Below, piece by piece: positions 11,176 to 24,177 of a stretch of 64,000 bases of DNA. Within the stretch, counting starts at the first letter, position 1, and each line of letters opens with the position of its first letter. The stretch is from assembly GCF_963921235.1 (NCBI RefSeq), contig NC_086097.1, positions 181,228,001 to 181,292,000 on the forward strand. The letters run 5' to 3'. The DNA is from Mobula hypostoma. Its lineage: Eukaryota. Made by a program: the position numbers and the translations under genes. Under the pieces are notes generated by a model, which was given only the letters and a program-made list of their open reading frames with translations, had not been told where the DNA came from and ran no database searches.

Positions 11176-11464
11176 TTACATCCTGAATCATTCCATGACT
11201 CAGTAAACTGCAGAGTGCTGGCTGGTTCCAAAGCAATAAATGACTCTCAGCTGATCGTAAGTAATTCAACTGGTCATTCAGCTATTGCTGTTTGCAAAAT
11301 CTTCTCTGTATTCAACAGCTTCCATGTCAGTCCCCCAAAAATCAATTGCTTCTCTTTTAACTTAAGTGATGGATTTGCTGGATAACAGGAGTAGTACTGA
11401 GGAGTGTGGCATTGTGTGTGTGATCTGCATGTCCCTGAAGCTCACTGCACCCTTCTCCTTGCAG

Positions 11465-11697
11465 CCTGAAAATCTCATCATGAGCCTGCTGACGCACTCG
11501 GCCCTGCCTGGCTCACCCCCGATGGGCAGGGATGGGCGTCCTGCCCAGTCTTGCAGTACAGCGTCTGCTGCTGCCAGTGTACTGGCCTCGCTGTCCTCCT
11601 CTCACCACCCGGCCCGCACAAGATCCCACACACTCCTGGTGGAGAATGGTGCCGAGAGTTCCCTGTACCGCAGTGACAGGACCATCATTGAAGAGAG
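11465..11697 (+). CDS. ATG9B: ATG9B coding exon PENLIMSLLTHSALPGSPP...SDRTIIEE (low-complexity C-terminal region)
   Basis: Acceptor cttctccttgcag|CCT, donor GAGAG|gtaagt; open frame; phase 0 start and phase 2 end fit both neighbouring exons. Confidence 0.85.
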
Positions 11698-12693
11698 GTA
11701 AGTGACCATCTGAACACACAGAATAAAGAATTGACTGAATGATTTATCATATGTACGAAGGTACACAGAAAAACTTGTCTCGCATACAGTTCATACAGAT
11801 CAATTTATTACAACAGTACAAGGGAAAACAACAGCAGAATGCAAGATAAAGTAACAGCCAAAAAGAAAGTGCAATGAGGGCAGACATCAACCAGATCACA
11901 ACAGGGTAGATTATGAGGCCAAGAGTCCATTTTATCATACAAGGGAACTTTTCGATTGTCTTTTACCAGTGGGATGGAAACTGTCCTTGAGTGCAGTGGT
12001 ACTTGCTTTCAGGCTTTTGTTCCTTTTGACTGATGGAAGAGGGGAGAAGAAAGAATGTCTGGGGAGGGGAGGATCTTTGATTACACTAGCTGCTTTTCCA
12101 AGGCAGTGTGAAGTGTAGACAAAGTCCATGGAGGGGAGGTTGGTTTATTTGATATGCCGAGCTGTGTCTGCAGCTCTCTGCAGTTTCTTCCAGGACCAAG
12201 CTGATGGTTCTGAAATAAATCTGGAGGATTCTGGCTTGATGAGGTCAGACAATGTGAGGTCTCACCCACCTCCTGAGACAAGTCAGTCTGGTTTCCATGT
12301 ACAGAGCAGGCAAACTCTGGACCAGCCTTGAGGACCATCGGCTCAGACAAGTGCCTTGTTTGAAGCCTGAGCAAAGCTTCTCCTTCACAGTGATGCACAC
12401 CACAGTTGAATATTTTGCTGGCTTTCATTAAGTCCAACAAGGATTTCAAGATATTGTTGAACCAGCTGCATTCAAACACTGACCAAGGACAGGAAGATGG
12501 CTGAGGAGACTTCTCTGTGAAGAGAAGTAGTGACCCTGTCTGAGGAATGTATGGTGCATGCTCTCCACGTCCACTGCCCTGCTGGTAAATAGCCTAGCGC
12601 ACACAGAGAAAATGGTCTCAAAAATGAGGCATTTGAAACCAGTCGCAATTAGTTAATGGATAATTGACATTTGCCACTTGTGTTTCTCATCAG

Positions 12694-12784
12694 CGTGACA
12701 GAGAGTGCTGGCTCAGGCAGATCCCTACTTCTCGCTAACATTGCTTCCACAGAAATGAGTCTACATGCTATCTACATGCATGAG
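12694..12784 (+). CDS. ATG9B: ATG9B coding exon (S)VTESAGSGRSLLLANIASTEMSLHAIYMHE
   Basis: Not in the ORF track. Acceptor tgtttctcatcag|C, donor GAG|gtaagc; 91 nt; contains the conserved ATG9 C-terminal helix ASTEMSLHA(I/L)YMH. Confidence 0.93.
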
Positions 12785-13449
12785 GTAAGCACAGAATGTC
12801 TTCTGGTATAGAATGGGTTGGATGTAGTTCCCTCTACACTATCTTATGAAAGCTTCTCAATACTTCCCCCGTGATAGCAAGGTATACTCTCAGTATGGCC
12901 CCTCCCACAATGTTGCATTCTTTCAGTAATGCTGCTTCCACGGTATAGTACTCTGTCAGTATCAGCCCTCTCACTGTGCAACTCTCCCTCAGTAACTAAC
13001 TCCCTCCAAGATTCCTCACTGGATGATTTGGTATGAAATCTGAGGTCGGACTGGATACCCAGAGAGTTACTAAGTCAGCCACAGCTGAATCATTGGGAAG
13101 AAGGATGTGTTACTGCACACAGGTCACGGTGTCATCACCTTCCTGTCAGAATCCCAAGGTGTAGGTACAGATGATGCCAGTCCTCAGGCTACGATTGAGC
13201 CACACCCTCGGTCACTGACTCCCCGTGTGGGGTTGGTGTGTTAGACTCAGCCATCACTTCCCTCGAGAGATGAGCTACCACCAGCAGCTTGCCCTGCATT
13301 ATAATTGCAGACCATGAGCCCTGTGAATGAACACAATATGAAGAACTTGTGTCCTTAAGAATAGGATGTGGCTATAATTAACTGAAAGAGAGAGTGAAAG
13401 GGGAAATGAAGAGGGTTTTAAGGTGTGAGATGAACAGAGATGTAACCAC

Positions 13450-14650
13450 ACCAGATCAATCTAACCCTTTCCTCCCACATAGTCTTCACTTTTATTTGAC
13501 CGATGTGCCTATCTATGAGTCCCTTAAATATCCCTAGTGTATCTGCCTCTACCACCATCCCTGACGGTGCATTCCATACATCCACCACTTACTGTGGGGG
13601 GGAAAGAAAAATCTACCTCAACATCCCCCTATTCTTTCCCCTAATCGCCATAAAATTATGCCCTCTTTGATTAGCCACTTCCACCCTGGAATAAATATAC
13701 TGGCTGTCCATTCTATCAATACCTCTTTTGTCAAGTCAGTTCTCATCCTCCATCACTCCACAGAGAAATGCCCTAACTCACTCAACCTTTCCTCATAAGA
13801 GCTGCTCTCTAATACAGGCAGCATTTTGGTAAATCTCTGAACCCTCTCTGAAACTACCACATCCTTCCTATAATAAGGGGACCAGAACTGAACACGTTAC
13901 TCCAAGTGTGGTCTAACCAGAGTTGTAGAGAGCTGCAACATTATCTTGCAGCTTTTGAACTCAATCCCCCGACTAATGAAGACCAAAATACCATACGCCT
14001 TCTTAACCACCCAATCAACTTGCACCTTTGTCCATCCTGGCAAGGAGGGATATGAAGGGGGAAGTACACACTGAATAGTAGGGCCCTCAGGAGCATTGAT
14101 GTATGGAAGTACTCGATGTAAAAGTAACAGACAAGTCGGCAGGGCAGTAGAGACAACATAGAACATATTTGCTGCCTTTGATTGGAGCACTGATTATAAA
14201 CATCGGAAAGCCACACTTAGAGTACTGTGTACAGAAGAGATTCATTAGGACGCTGCCTGAGTATTAGCTGTAAGGAGAGGCTGAACAAACTTTGGTTATT
14301 TTCTCTGGAGCATGGGAGGCTGGAGGATGACCTGATGGAAATAAGGTAGATAGGTTTCATCCAGAGGGGAAATTTCAGATAGTAGAGGGCATAGCTTTAA
14401 AGCAGAGGAGATTAAGGGGGAACATTAAAAGAGATTTTCAAAACTTTTTTTTTACATAGAGTGGTAGGTCTTGGATCGCACTGCAGGAGGTGGGACGGTG
14501 GAATCAGATAAGATAAACATTTTAAAGGCACATGAACAGCAAGGGAATATAGAGGGCTATAGATCACATGCAGGCAGATAGGATTAGTTTAGATTGGAAT
14601 CATGGTCAGCACAGACATGGTGGGCCAAAGAGTCTGTTTCTGTTCTATTG
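13450..14650. mobile_element. Two CR1 3' fragments in opposite orientation (- to ~14030, + from ~14060)
   Basis: Minus-strand VVKKAYGILVFISRGIEFKS...LVRPHLE; the plus-strand copy ends gtgggccaaagagtctgtttctgttct. Confidence 0.75.
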
Positions 14651-15164
14651 AGGCACTGGAGAAGCTGCAAACACAGCCTCAGATATGACATCAGGCTGTA
14701 GAGGTTACACAGAACAATGTAATGTGTGACCCCAGACCTAGCTTGAGTTTGCAACAGCAGCCAAATACCAGCTGCTCCTGGTTTTCCTGCAGCTCAGCTA
14801 GGAAAGGTGGGCCTGGTGGGCAGTCACATTGAGGGCACAGAGAGGCTGAGGTGTATCAGAGAGTTGATGTGCCCATGGGGAAGGACAGGTGGTGAGGAGT
14901 GTTGCTGGGCCTGTGGGCAGAGAGGAGGGGGAAATTATCCCCAGAAGGCCATAGATGGAGATCTGTGGTTAGGTGCAGTGTAGGGTAGGTGGGGATTGGA
15001 GTGGCAAGGGGGGAGGGTGGGAGCTGGGCAAGTGATGGTAGGTAGGTTTGAGACAGTACTCGGTGGGGGGGGTGGTGGCAGTGAAGTGTTGGCATGGTAA
15101 CAGTGAGGATTTTGCCTTTATGGGGATTGTGTTTCACAGCTTCTCGTTCTGTTCTCTCTCGCAG

Positions 15165-15249
15165 ATCCACCAGCAGACAGTACAGCCGCAGCAGATGGGA
15201 CCTAGATCACAAGTCCACAGCTTGATCACTGAGCAGCCCACCGCTCCAG
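15165..15249 (+). CDS. ATG9B: ATG9B coding exon IHQQTVQPQQMGPRSQVHSLITEQPTAP
   Basis: Acceptor ttctctctcgcag|ATC. IHQQ continues YMHE in the way LHKQ/LHQQ does in ATG9 proteins. Donor taken as CAG|gtacct (phase 1) because an in-frame TAA follows at 15258-15260; see the finding on the alternative donor. Confidence 0.78.
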
Positions 15250-16413
15250 GTACCTCATAATGTCTCGCCACTCGAAGGGCCAAGCCAACACCACTCAGTC
15301 TCAGAAGTAAACTGAGCACAGCAGTAGGACATGGAGAAATGCAAGGTTAGGTTCGGGGTGAAAGAAGGTAAAAGGATAAACTGAGTAATTCAAGAGAACA
15401 AGCAAGGCAAATTGGCTCATGTGTTACAGGAGGACACTTTGGGCAGACAGGCACTGGGGAAAAAAGTGCAGATGAGTTTCACCAGGATGTTGACTGTGAT
15501 AAGAGTTTTTCCGATACGGGAAGGAACTGGTTAGACTGGGCTTTTATTGAGAGGAAGCTGAGGAAGTCGTGATGGTGAGTTATGAGAGGCACGATAGGGC
15601 AGGTAGTAACTCTTCCCCTGTCTACAACCAGGGGGCATGAGCTTAATCAGAATCAGGTTTATTATCACAGATATATGTTGTGAAATTTGTTTTCATAAAA
15701 GTTACTAATAAGTTACAAAAGTATATAAATAGTGCAAAAAACAAATAGTGAGGTAGTGTTCATGGACTGCTCGGAAATCTGATGGCAGAGGGGAAGTTGT
15801 TCTAAAACATTGAGTGCGGGTCTTCTGGCTCCTGTACATCCTCTCTGATGATAGTAATGAGAAGAGAGCATGTCTCAGATGGGGAGGGTCCTTAATGATG
15901 GATGCTGCCTTCTTCAAAAGCTGGTGCCTCACGATATCTTGATATTGGGAAGGGTTGTGGCAGTGATGAAAGGTGAGGAGTAACCGGTTTAGAGGGAATC
16001 TTAAGGAAAAATGTATGCAAACACAGGTTGTTCAGAATCGAACACACTGCCGGTGGAGGCAGAGACTCTCACAACATTTAAAATGTGAAAATTTTTGGAT
16101 AAGCTTTTGAATCACTAAGGTAGAGAAGGCTATGGGACAAAGCCATACATGGGATTAGTGTGGATTGGTCATTGACGTCAGGGACTGCAGTGTATTTTAC
16201 AAAGATATTGTCACAGTATTTGTGAGAGTGCCCAGGGGTAATTTCCTTTGGAATAAGTGCAGAGACGTAATTGATGGGATGTCACCAGGGCTGCAGGAGT
16301 GCAATGATCATCTTCCAGTGCTGGAGAGATGGAAACCCAGGGAGGTGGAAGTGAGGGATGAGAATGGAGTGCGCAGTGGCTGCTTGCTGATCAATGCTGT
16401 CCTTCACTCTCAG

Positions 16414-16544
16414 TACCTCGGTTAAGTTCACCTGAAACGCTAAGGGCCCATTCGCAGCTCCATCTTGGCGGTTGGACAGAGGAGGCAGATGGAGAGCTTC
16501 TTGATGCTGGTCCCAGGGGCTCAGAAACGGAAGTGCCTTCTCAG
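16414..16544 (+). CDS. ATG9B: ATG9B coding exon (V)PRLSSPETLRAHSQLHLGGWTEEADGELLDAGPRGSETEVPSQ
   Basis: Not in the ORF track. Acceptor ccttcactctcag|TA, donor CAG|gtaaac; 131 nt, phase 1 start. LHLGGW resembles the ATG9A motif RLPLGGW. Confidence 0.85.
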
Positions 16545-16700
16545 GTAAACAGAGTGTGTGCTAAGTAGTTGAAAGAATCCTCACTCTCTGTGACACCGAC
16601 TGGCATGGGTCCTACACACCCTTACTGGGGGGTACGTAAGTCCCACACAAACTGACCTTCATTGGGAGACAGGTCCCATGCATGCACTGACCCTCAGATC

Positions 16701-16730
16701 TCACACAGACAGAGACACACATTGACACAG

Positions 16731-16761
<31 letters not shown>
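16701..16761. repeat. (CA)n microsatellite in the last ATG9B intron
   Basis: Perfect CA run ~16734-16761. Confidence 0.95.
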
Positions 16762-16767
<6 letters not shown>

Positions 16768-16829
16768 CATCTCTCTGTGCTCTTGCCCCTCCCCACAGTA
16801 ATAGTTGATCTGTTTGTTTCTTTGCACAG

Positions 16830-16835
16830 GTTTAA
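16830..16835 (+). CDS. ATG9B: ATG9B terminal coding segment: Val + stop at the start of the last exon
   Basis: Acceptor tgtttgtttctttgcacag|GTT TAA; phase 0 fits the previous exon. Confidence 0.8.
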   Translation, partial: V

Positions 16836-19530
16836 CTATTCGGACGGGACTGATTTGCTGGCTCTAAGGTTTCCCGATCTGGTGGTGGTGAGTTTCCTGC
16901 CACTTTCCCAAGGCCTGTGGTTGGCGAGTGGAGAACTTTCCCTGTGTTTGCATTGCACTGAAGAGTGCCTCGACGTCTTCCAGTATCTCTGCTGTGTTTG
17001 TTGTGAGTGCTGTTGGATGTGCAGAGTGCACCACTGACTCTTCCTACAAACTGATGGAATTATTTCAGAGGGTTTTTCTTTAAACGTGCAAAAGATGAAC
17101 CATTGTTTGTGGCGCTTGTCCCTCTGTGGGAGTGGCTCTGACTAAAGCAAGGGGAGGGAGAAAGGTGAGCAAAAATTGAAACAATGGATCATTGTCACCC
17201 ACCCACATGAGACTTGTTCACCCAACTCCCACCCCAATTTCTTGCCCTCTTCCCACCCTAGTGCTCTATCTCTATCGTGGGTCAGATGATCCCCCTTCTC
17301 CCTGGATCAGATACCACTTCCTTCTCCCTCCGTGTCCGTAGAGGAGATGCGTTAGTGCTGTCTAAGTGCAGTGGGAGTGGGTGCAAGGATGCCAGGTATT
17401 TTGAATGCTGGGATCAGCCTTTTGTATTGTGCCACCTCCACTCACCAACTCACTGCTTCTGCCAAACCCACCTCAGTTGTGGGTGGATGTCATTGAGAAT
17501 AACAGGCATGGCAGCAATTTTTTTTTAATCCTAATTCTACGCAAAACCTATTCCTGGTTTTCCAGCAAAGGTTCACTGGGCAGTGATCAGGAGTAAAAGC
17601 TTTCTCTTTGTGTTTGAAACCCCACCCTGGCACATTGAAATGACTGAACTGACGGATACCCAGTTCAGCAGCCCTCCATTGGAGGAACGTGTTTCCAGTG
17701 AAGCATTGGAGAATCCAGCTCAGACCCAGCAGAAGGGCTTGTGTAGCATGGAAAGAGGCCATTTGGTTCCTAGTCCCTGTGTCGAGTTACTCAGTGTTAC
17801 CTGGATCCTGGTTTCTCCCCGTTAGTAGTATTCCTGTGGTCCCAGTGAGTGTTCTGAATGGATGTGCTTCTATTCCAGGCAGCGAATCCCTGATCATGGC
17901 AATCACCTGCGTTCCCTCATCTGCTTTCTGGTTCTCCCCCACCCACAGTTACCTTCAATCCTGCTTCCCTGGTCACCACCCTCCTGCCTCTGGAAACTTG
18001 TTTTTTCACAATTTGCAAACACTACTACTGAATCTCCCTGCAACCCTTTTTGCTCTCCTGATGACAGATTGTTTCCACGTGAATGTTAAGGACAGTATCA
18101 GTGTTGATCTGGAGCACGGGAACTCTTGGAATAATTATCTCACTATCTGCAGCAACATCATTTCCAGCTCCCTGTCATCTTGGTCTCAGGTGCTCTGTCA
18201 CAAGCTTTCCAACTTCTTTTGAGACGGCTTACAATTTACCACAATGTTAGATTTATTTAATGCCGGCATACATCAGTCAGGGTCTCAGATTTGTGACTTC
18301 GTCCTACACCAGCTGTATATTGCCTGGTTTTGAAGCTCCATTCTGTACTCAACTAAAGCAGGAACATGCTTGCTGTAGTGGGGATTCCTTAGGAACCAAT
18401 GGGGAGGTGATAGGATAGGTAAAAGCCGATGAAAAAATGGGTGACAGAAAGTCACTTCTCATAAATGGGCTGCAGATAGAACTTTACTCTGTATCTAACA
18501 GACGTGGCCCTGTCCTGGGACCGTGTAGAAGGAGCATTACTCTGTCTAGCCCAGGAGTGTGTGACAGGACAGTACAATGGAATCTTTAATCTGTTTCTAC
18601 TCTGTGCCCTTTTTTATTACAAAAATATGTTTATTGCAACTTTACATTTCTACAATACTACAACAAAAATACTGAGACAACAACAGTGACTAATACAAAC
18701 TAAGTTAAAATATTCCCATCCCTATCTAGGATGCCATCTATTCTCTACAGTCCCAGAACACCTCCGTGATACCCCTGGACACTGCATGTTCCTTTCCCAC
18801 AGTTACTCAGGCACGACATAACATAACCCCACCCCTGCCTCTGAATATTGCCAGTCAGTCAGCCCAGGCAGAATCCTCCACTGCCCACTTCCAGGACCTA
18901 TGGATAGCCGGCCCCAGAAGCAAGTTTACTGGAACATCCTCCTCCCTCCTGACCCCACCCTCCTGACTGGATGACCATATAGAAGGAGGGTGGGGCTAAA
19001 AAGTAACCAGAACTTGAGGAGCAACACTCACAGATATTTCCCCAGAGTGTGTAATGGGATAGCGCTGAGGGAGCTTGTAACTCACAATGTCTCTCAGAAG
19101 TGTGTAGCACAACATTGTAGGGGGAGCTTTACTCCATTGTCTAACCTATGCCCTGGGATTACGATAGAGTGGTACAGAAAGAGCTTCAATCTGTAAAACG
19201 GAATGTTCCTACCCTGGGAGTATGTAATAGAACACTATAAATGTCTAATCTGTGTGGGGACAGTGCAGAGTGAGCTTCACTCCGTCTTTCTCGTGTTGAC
19301 ACTGCCCTGGAGTGTCTGATGGATCAGATGAGTGCCGGCACAAGTATTAACTTTGATGACCAGTATTCACTGGATGGAGGTGCTAACTGTGTGTGGTGCT
19401 GTTCCCATTGAATGAACTCATTTCAAGATTATACAATCAGCTGCTCGATGCGATGATGTCAGTTAACTTTACAAAATAATGACTGCTAAATAGAAAAGTT
19501 TTATTAAATATTTATAACCAAACCTTTGTT
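16836..19530 (+). other. ATG9B: Probable ATG9B 3'UTR with candidate poly(A) signal ATTAAA at 19503-19508
   Basis: About 2.7 kb almost free of LINE fragments after the stop codon. ATTAAA is followed by a T/GT-rich tract (tttgtttaatgtttttcc), and dense repeats resume right after. Confidence 0.5.
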
Positions 19531-22034
19531 TAATGTTTTTCCTCTCAATTCCTGCTGCACCAAACCTTGACACTGTCGCTGAGACTAAGCTGTCACAAGC
19601 TCCCCTGCCAGAGCACACAGGTGCCCACAGAGCCAGTGGCTGGGGTGTACGTTGGTTTATCAGTGTCACATGTACAGTGGAAAAACTTGTCTACTATCCA
19701 GTACAGTACTTTAGGGCAATTCAATGTAAAAACAATAACAGAGTATAGAATAAAGTGTTAGTTACAGAGGACGTGCAGTGCATACAGACAATAAGGTGCA
19801 AGGCCATAATGAGGTAGATTGAGATATCAAAAATCACTCTTGCAGTAAATGGGGAAACATCAATTAGTCTTATAGCAGCAGGATAAAAGTCCTTGAGCCT
19901 GAAGGTGCATACTTTCAGACTCTTGTATTTTCTGTCCGATGTGAGGGGTAGAAGAGAGAATGTGTAGGGTGGGTGAGGTCTTTGATTATGCTGGCTGCTT
20001 TACTGAGTCAAGTCAAGTCACTTTTTATTGTCATTTCGACTATAACTGCTGTACAGTACACAGTAAAAACGAGACAACATTTTTCAGGACCATGGTGCTA
20101 CATGAACAATACAAAAACTGCACTGAACTACGTAGACTACAGACCTACCCAGGGCTGCATAAAGTGCACAAAACAGTGCAGGCATTACAATAAATAATAA
20201 ACAAGACAATATGCACAGTAGGTTGGTGTCAGTCCAGGCTCTGGGTATTGAGGAGTCTGATGACTTGGGGGAAGGCAGTAAGAAGTGTTGACAGGATCTA
20301 TGGAGGAGAGGCAGGTTTCCATGGTCTCCACAACTCTGCTGTTTTTATGGTCACGGGCTGTACAAAGCTACGATGCGGCTGGGCAGGATGCCTGCTATCA
20401 ATAAAATTTGGTGAAGGTCAAAGAGGACATGCCAAATTTCTTTCGCCACCGAAGAAAACAGAAGTGTTGATGTGTCTTGGCTTGATGTCCACATGGCTGA
20501 TCAGGACAGACTACTGGTGATGTTTACATCTCGGAACTTGAATTGCTCAACTCTCTCAACCTCAGCACTGTTGATGTAAAAATGGGTATATGCATTGCCC
20601 CCCTTCCTTTAGTTTGCTGGCTTTGTCAGAGGTTGGCAGACCCAGGTTACTGAGTCTGGGAGCCAGCAATCATTAACCAGTTCTTCCGCAGAACTGAAAA
20701 TGTTCTAGCCACTTCACAGCAGATCAAGGCCAAGGGGTGAGCAACCGTGAAAGCCTGGTGAAAGGAGCATCGTAAAGTTGAGAGGTGGAACAACAGAACT
20801 CAGTGGATGTGAAGCAGCCTGTATAATCAAAGATCTCACCCATTCCTGAACATTCTGTCTTCTGTCTTCTTCCCTCTTCCATTGGGTAAAGGATAAAAAA
20901 AATTCTGAAAATTCGTACCACCAGGCTCAAGGACAGCTTCTACCCTGCAGTTTTAAGACTGTTGAACAGTACCCTAGTATGATGAGACAGACTGTTGACC
21001 TCACAACTTACCTTCTTATGACCTTGCACCTTATTGTTTACCTGCACTGCTCTTTCACTGTGGCTGTTACACTTTATTTCAGTATTGTTATTGTTTTACC
21101 TTATTCTACCTCAATACATTGTGTAATGATTTGTTCTGTTTGAAAACTTTGCAAGACAGGCTTTTCACTGTATCTCTGCATATGTGACAACGATAAACCA
21201 AATCCAATTCCAATTCGTAAGTGTCTGGCAGATGTGAAGTGAAGTATGATTCTGGTATGAAGAGTGTAGACAAGTTAATCCTAAATTCCCACGGCACCTT
21301 CAAACATCCCTGTACACGTTATAGCAAAAACTGTGGTCACTGTTATAATACAGGAAACAAGGACTCAGAATTGTTGTGCAGCAGTCTGCCACAGCTGGCT
21401 GTGTGTAGCAGCCGGGTGTTCTGTTTATGAGAAACGAAAAGGACACTGTGGAAAACACTCTGGAGCCTCCGAAAGTTGGTTCCACAGAAACAGCACTCAG
21501 GGCCTCCAGAGAACATAGTGAAACATGAAACCTGTGTCAGTGCAGCACTCCCCATCAGATGTGACAACCCATCAGTAGTACCTACACACAGTGTGATACC
21601 CCCTCATACTGCTTCTCCCACAGTGTGACTGATAAACTTTGCATAAAGAATGAGAGGTTTGCAATCTCACAAAAGAAAGCACACTCAGCCCATGTGGGAG
21701 AGCCTCATTGTACAGCCATCCACATCCTTTGCTGCATTTCAAAGTTACTTGTGGCATCCTTCCAGATGGGGCACAGAATCATGTGCACCTCCAACCATTT
21801 CATCTTCTTTCAGGAACCTCCATGCACTAGAGATGAACTCTTGATCTCTGAATCTACCTTATCATGGCCCTTTCACTTTATTTGTTTACCTGCACCACAC
21901 TTGAAGGGCAACTGTATTTAACATTGTTCTATTTTCTCTATTGTACTACTCTGATGTATGGAATGATCTGGGTGGCACATAAACAAAAGCCTCTCGCTCT
22001 GTCATGTAACAATCATAAACCAGTTACCAATTAC

Positions 22035-22740
22035 TAGTGCTTCTGGAGTGTCCTACTCTGCATCAACGAGTTTAGGCACAGGCCAGGTGATGGGTTTGCA
22101 GAGCATCTGTGCTCAGTCCCCAGTGGCCATCCCTCGCTCCCAATTACAGACCATTTCAGTTCCCCTTCCCGTTCCCGCCCTGACCTGTACACCCTTGGCA
22201 GCCTCCAGTGCTGGGGTGAGGGCCAATGCAAATTCAAACAACACCTTATATTCTGCCTGGGTAGTCTACAGCCCAATGGCATGTACACTGAATTTTACAA
22301 ATTTAGGTAATCCTGACCAACTGTTTCCCCCTTCCTCTGTTTTGATCCACCTCAAGTCCCCCTCATTTTTGTCCCTTTTCCACACACTCCATCACCTACT
22401 TATGCCTATCTGGTTCTATTTGCCCTTCAGCTCTCCCATAATGGTACCCATTATCACCTCCTTACCAGATTCCAGCCCTTTGTGTTCCTGCTCATCTTTC
22501 TCCAGCAGCAATCTCTGCCTTCAACCCACTCCCCCAACTTCTGACTCCATTATCCCATCATCCCTCACCCCTCCTCAGTCCAGCCATCACCTACTGGCCC
22601 CTCTCTCACCCCTCCCTCCTCTGTGTACTGACTGTTTCCCCTTGCCACACTCAGCCCTGATGCTTTCAACCTGAAACATCAACAATTCCTTTCCCTCCAC
22701 AGATGCTACTCGACCTACTGAGTTCCTCCAAAAGTGTGTT
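22035..22740 (+). mobile_element. Old degenerate PLE 3' fragment
   Basis: Decayed GIY-YIG-coding sequence (tttgcagagcatctg, ccagtggcc, caacaccttatattctgcctgggtagtctacagcccaatggcatg), a pyrimidine-rich UTR and a degenerate hammerhead ccctgatg...cctgaaacatcaac at ~22655-22683. Confidence 0.75.
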
Positions 22741-22741
22741 A

Positions 22742-24130
22742 GAACACAGATCTTTACAACACAGGAGAGATCCTTTGGCCCATCGTGGTGAGCTCCAAGA
22801 TCAATCTAACTCTTCCCTTCTATACAACCCACCATTTTTCTATCATCCATGTGATTATCTAAGAGTTTCTTGAATGCATCTGCCTCTACCATCACCCCTG
22901 GTGGTGTGTTCCTTGCACCTTCCACACTCTGGGGGGGAAAAACACAACTACCTATGTCTGACATTCCCCCTGTACTTTCCTCCAATCACCTTAAAATTAT
23001 GTCCCTTCTTATTAGGCATCATTTCCCTGGAGAAAAAGTCTGGCCATCCACTCGATCTGTGCCTCTTATCATCTTGTACACCTCTCATCCTCCTTTACTC
23101 CAAAGAATAAAGTTCTAGCTTGCTCAGCCTATCCTCATAAGACATGTTCTCTAAATCCTGGTAAATCTGCACCCCCTAAAGCTTCCACATCCTTCCTAAA
23201 ATAAAGTGACCAGAACTGAACACAATATTCCAAGTGTGGTCTAGCCAGGGTTTTATAGAACTGCAAGATTACCTTGTGACTCTTGAACTCAATCTCCCAA
23301 CTAATAAAGGCCAACACGCTATACGCTGCCTTAACAACTTTAACGGATTTGTGGATGTGGACCCAAGATCCCTCTTTTATTTTTACACACTGCAAAAAAT
23401 CCTGCCATTAATCCTATACTGTATTCTGCCTTCATATTCGATCTTTCAAAGTATATCACATCACTCTTTTCTGGATTGAACTCCATCTGCCATGTCACTG
23501 CCCAGCTCTGCATCCTGTCACTGTCCAATTGTAACCAACACCCTTCTACAGTATCCACAATACAACTAGCCTTTGTGTCATCTGTAAACTTACTAACTCA
23601 CTCTTCCACTTCCTTTTCTAAGTCATTTATAAAAACCACAAAGAGCAAGTATTCCAGAACCAATCCCTGCAGAACACCACTATCTGCAACTACCCTCTGG
23701 GCAAGCCAGTTCTGAATCCACACAGCCAAATTTCCCTTGATCCCAGGCCTCCTGACTTTCTGAATGAGCCTGCCATTGGGAGCCTTAAACACCTTACTAA
23801 AACCCATATACACCACATCCACTGCTCTACATTCATCAATGTGTTGTCACATTTTCAAATAATTCAATCAGGTTTGTGAGGCATAACCTATTCCTCACAA
23901 AGCCGTGATGATTATCTAAGTATTTGTCCACCACTGAAGTAAGACTCACTGGTCTATAATTCCCAGTGTTATCCTTACTCCCTTTCATGATCAATGGAAT
24001 AAAATCTGTCACTCTCCAATCATCTGGCACAACTCCTGTGGCCTATGAATGCTCAAAGATCATTGCTTAAACAGCGTTCCCTTGTCTCGCCTCCTGTAGT
24101 AACCAGGAGAATATACTATCTAGCCCCAGG
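22742..24130 (-). mobile_element. CR1 LINE ORF2 fragment, frameshifted
   Basis: GNYRPVSLTSVV, DVVYMGFSK, LARPHLEYCVQFWS in successive minus-strand ORFs. Confidence 0.85.
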
Positions 24131-24177
24131 GAGTCATTGATCAAATATTTCAGCCAATCCTCTTCTTAACATCAAAG

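Noticed and set aside
17689..18222. 177-aa ORF downstream of the ATG9B stop
   Set aside because: Non-ATG start, no recognisable domain, lies in the probable 3'UTR.
21220..21520. Unique stretch with a minus-strand acceptor-like site as a NOS3 remnant
   Set aside because: I translated all three minus frames and none resembles NOS convincingly.
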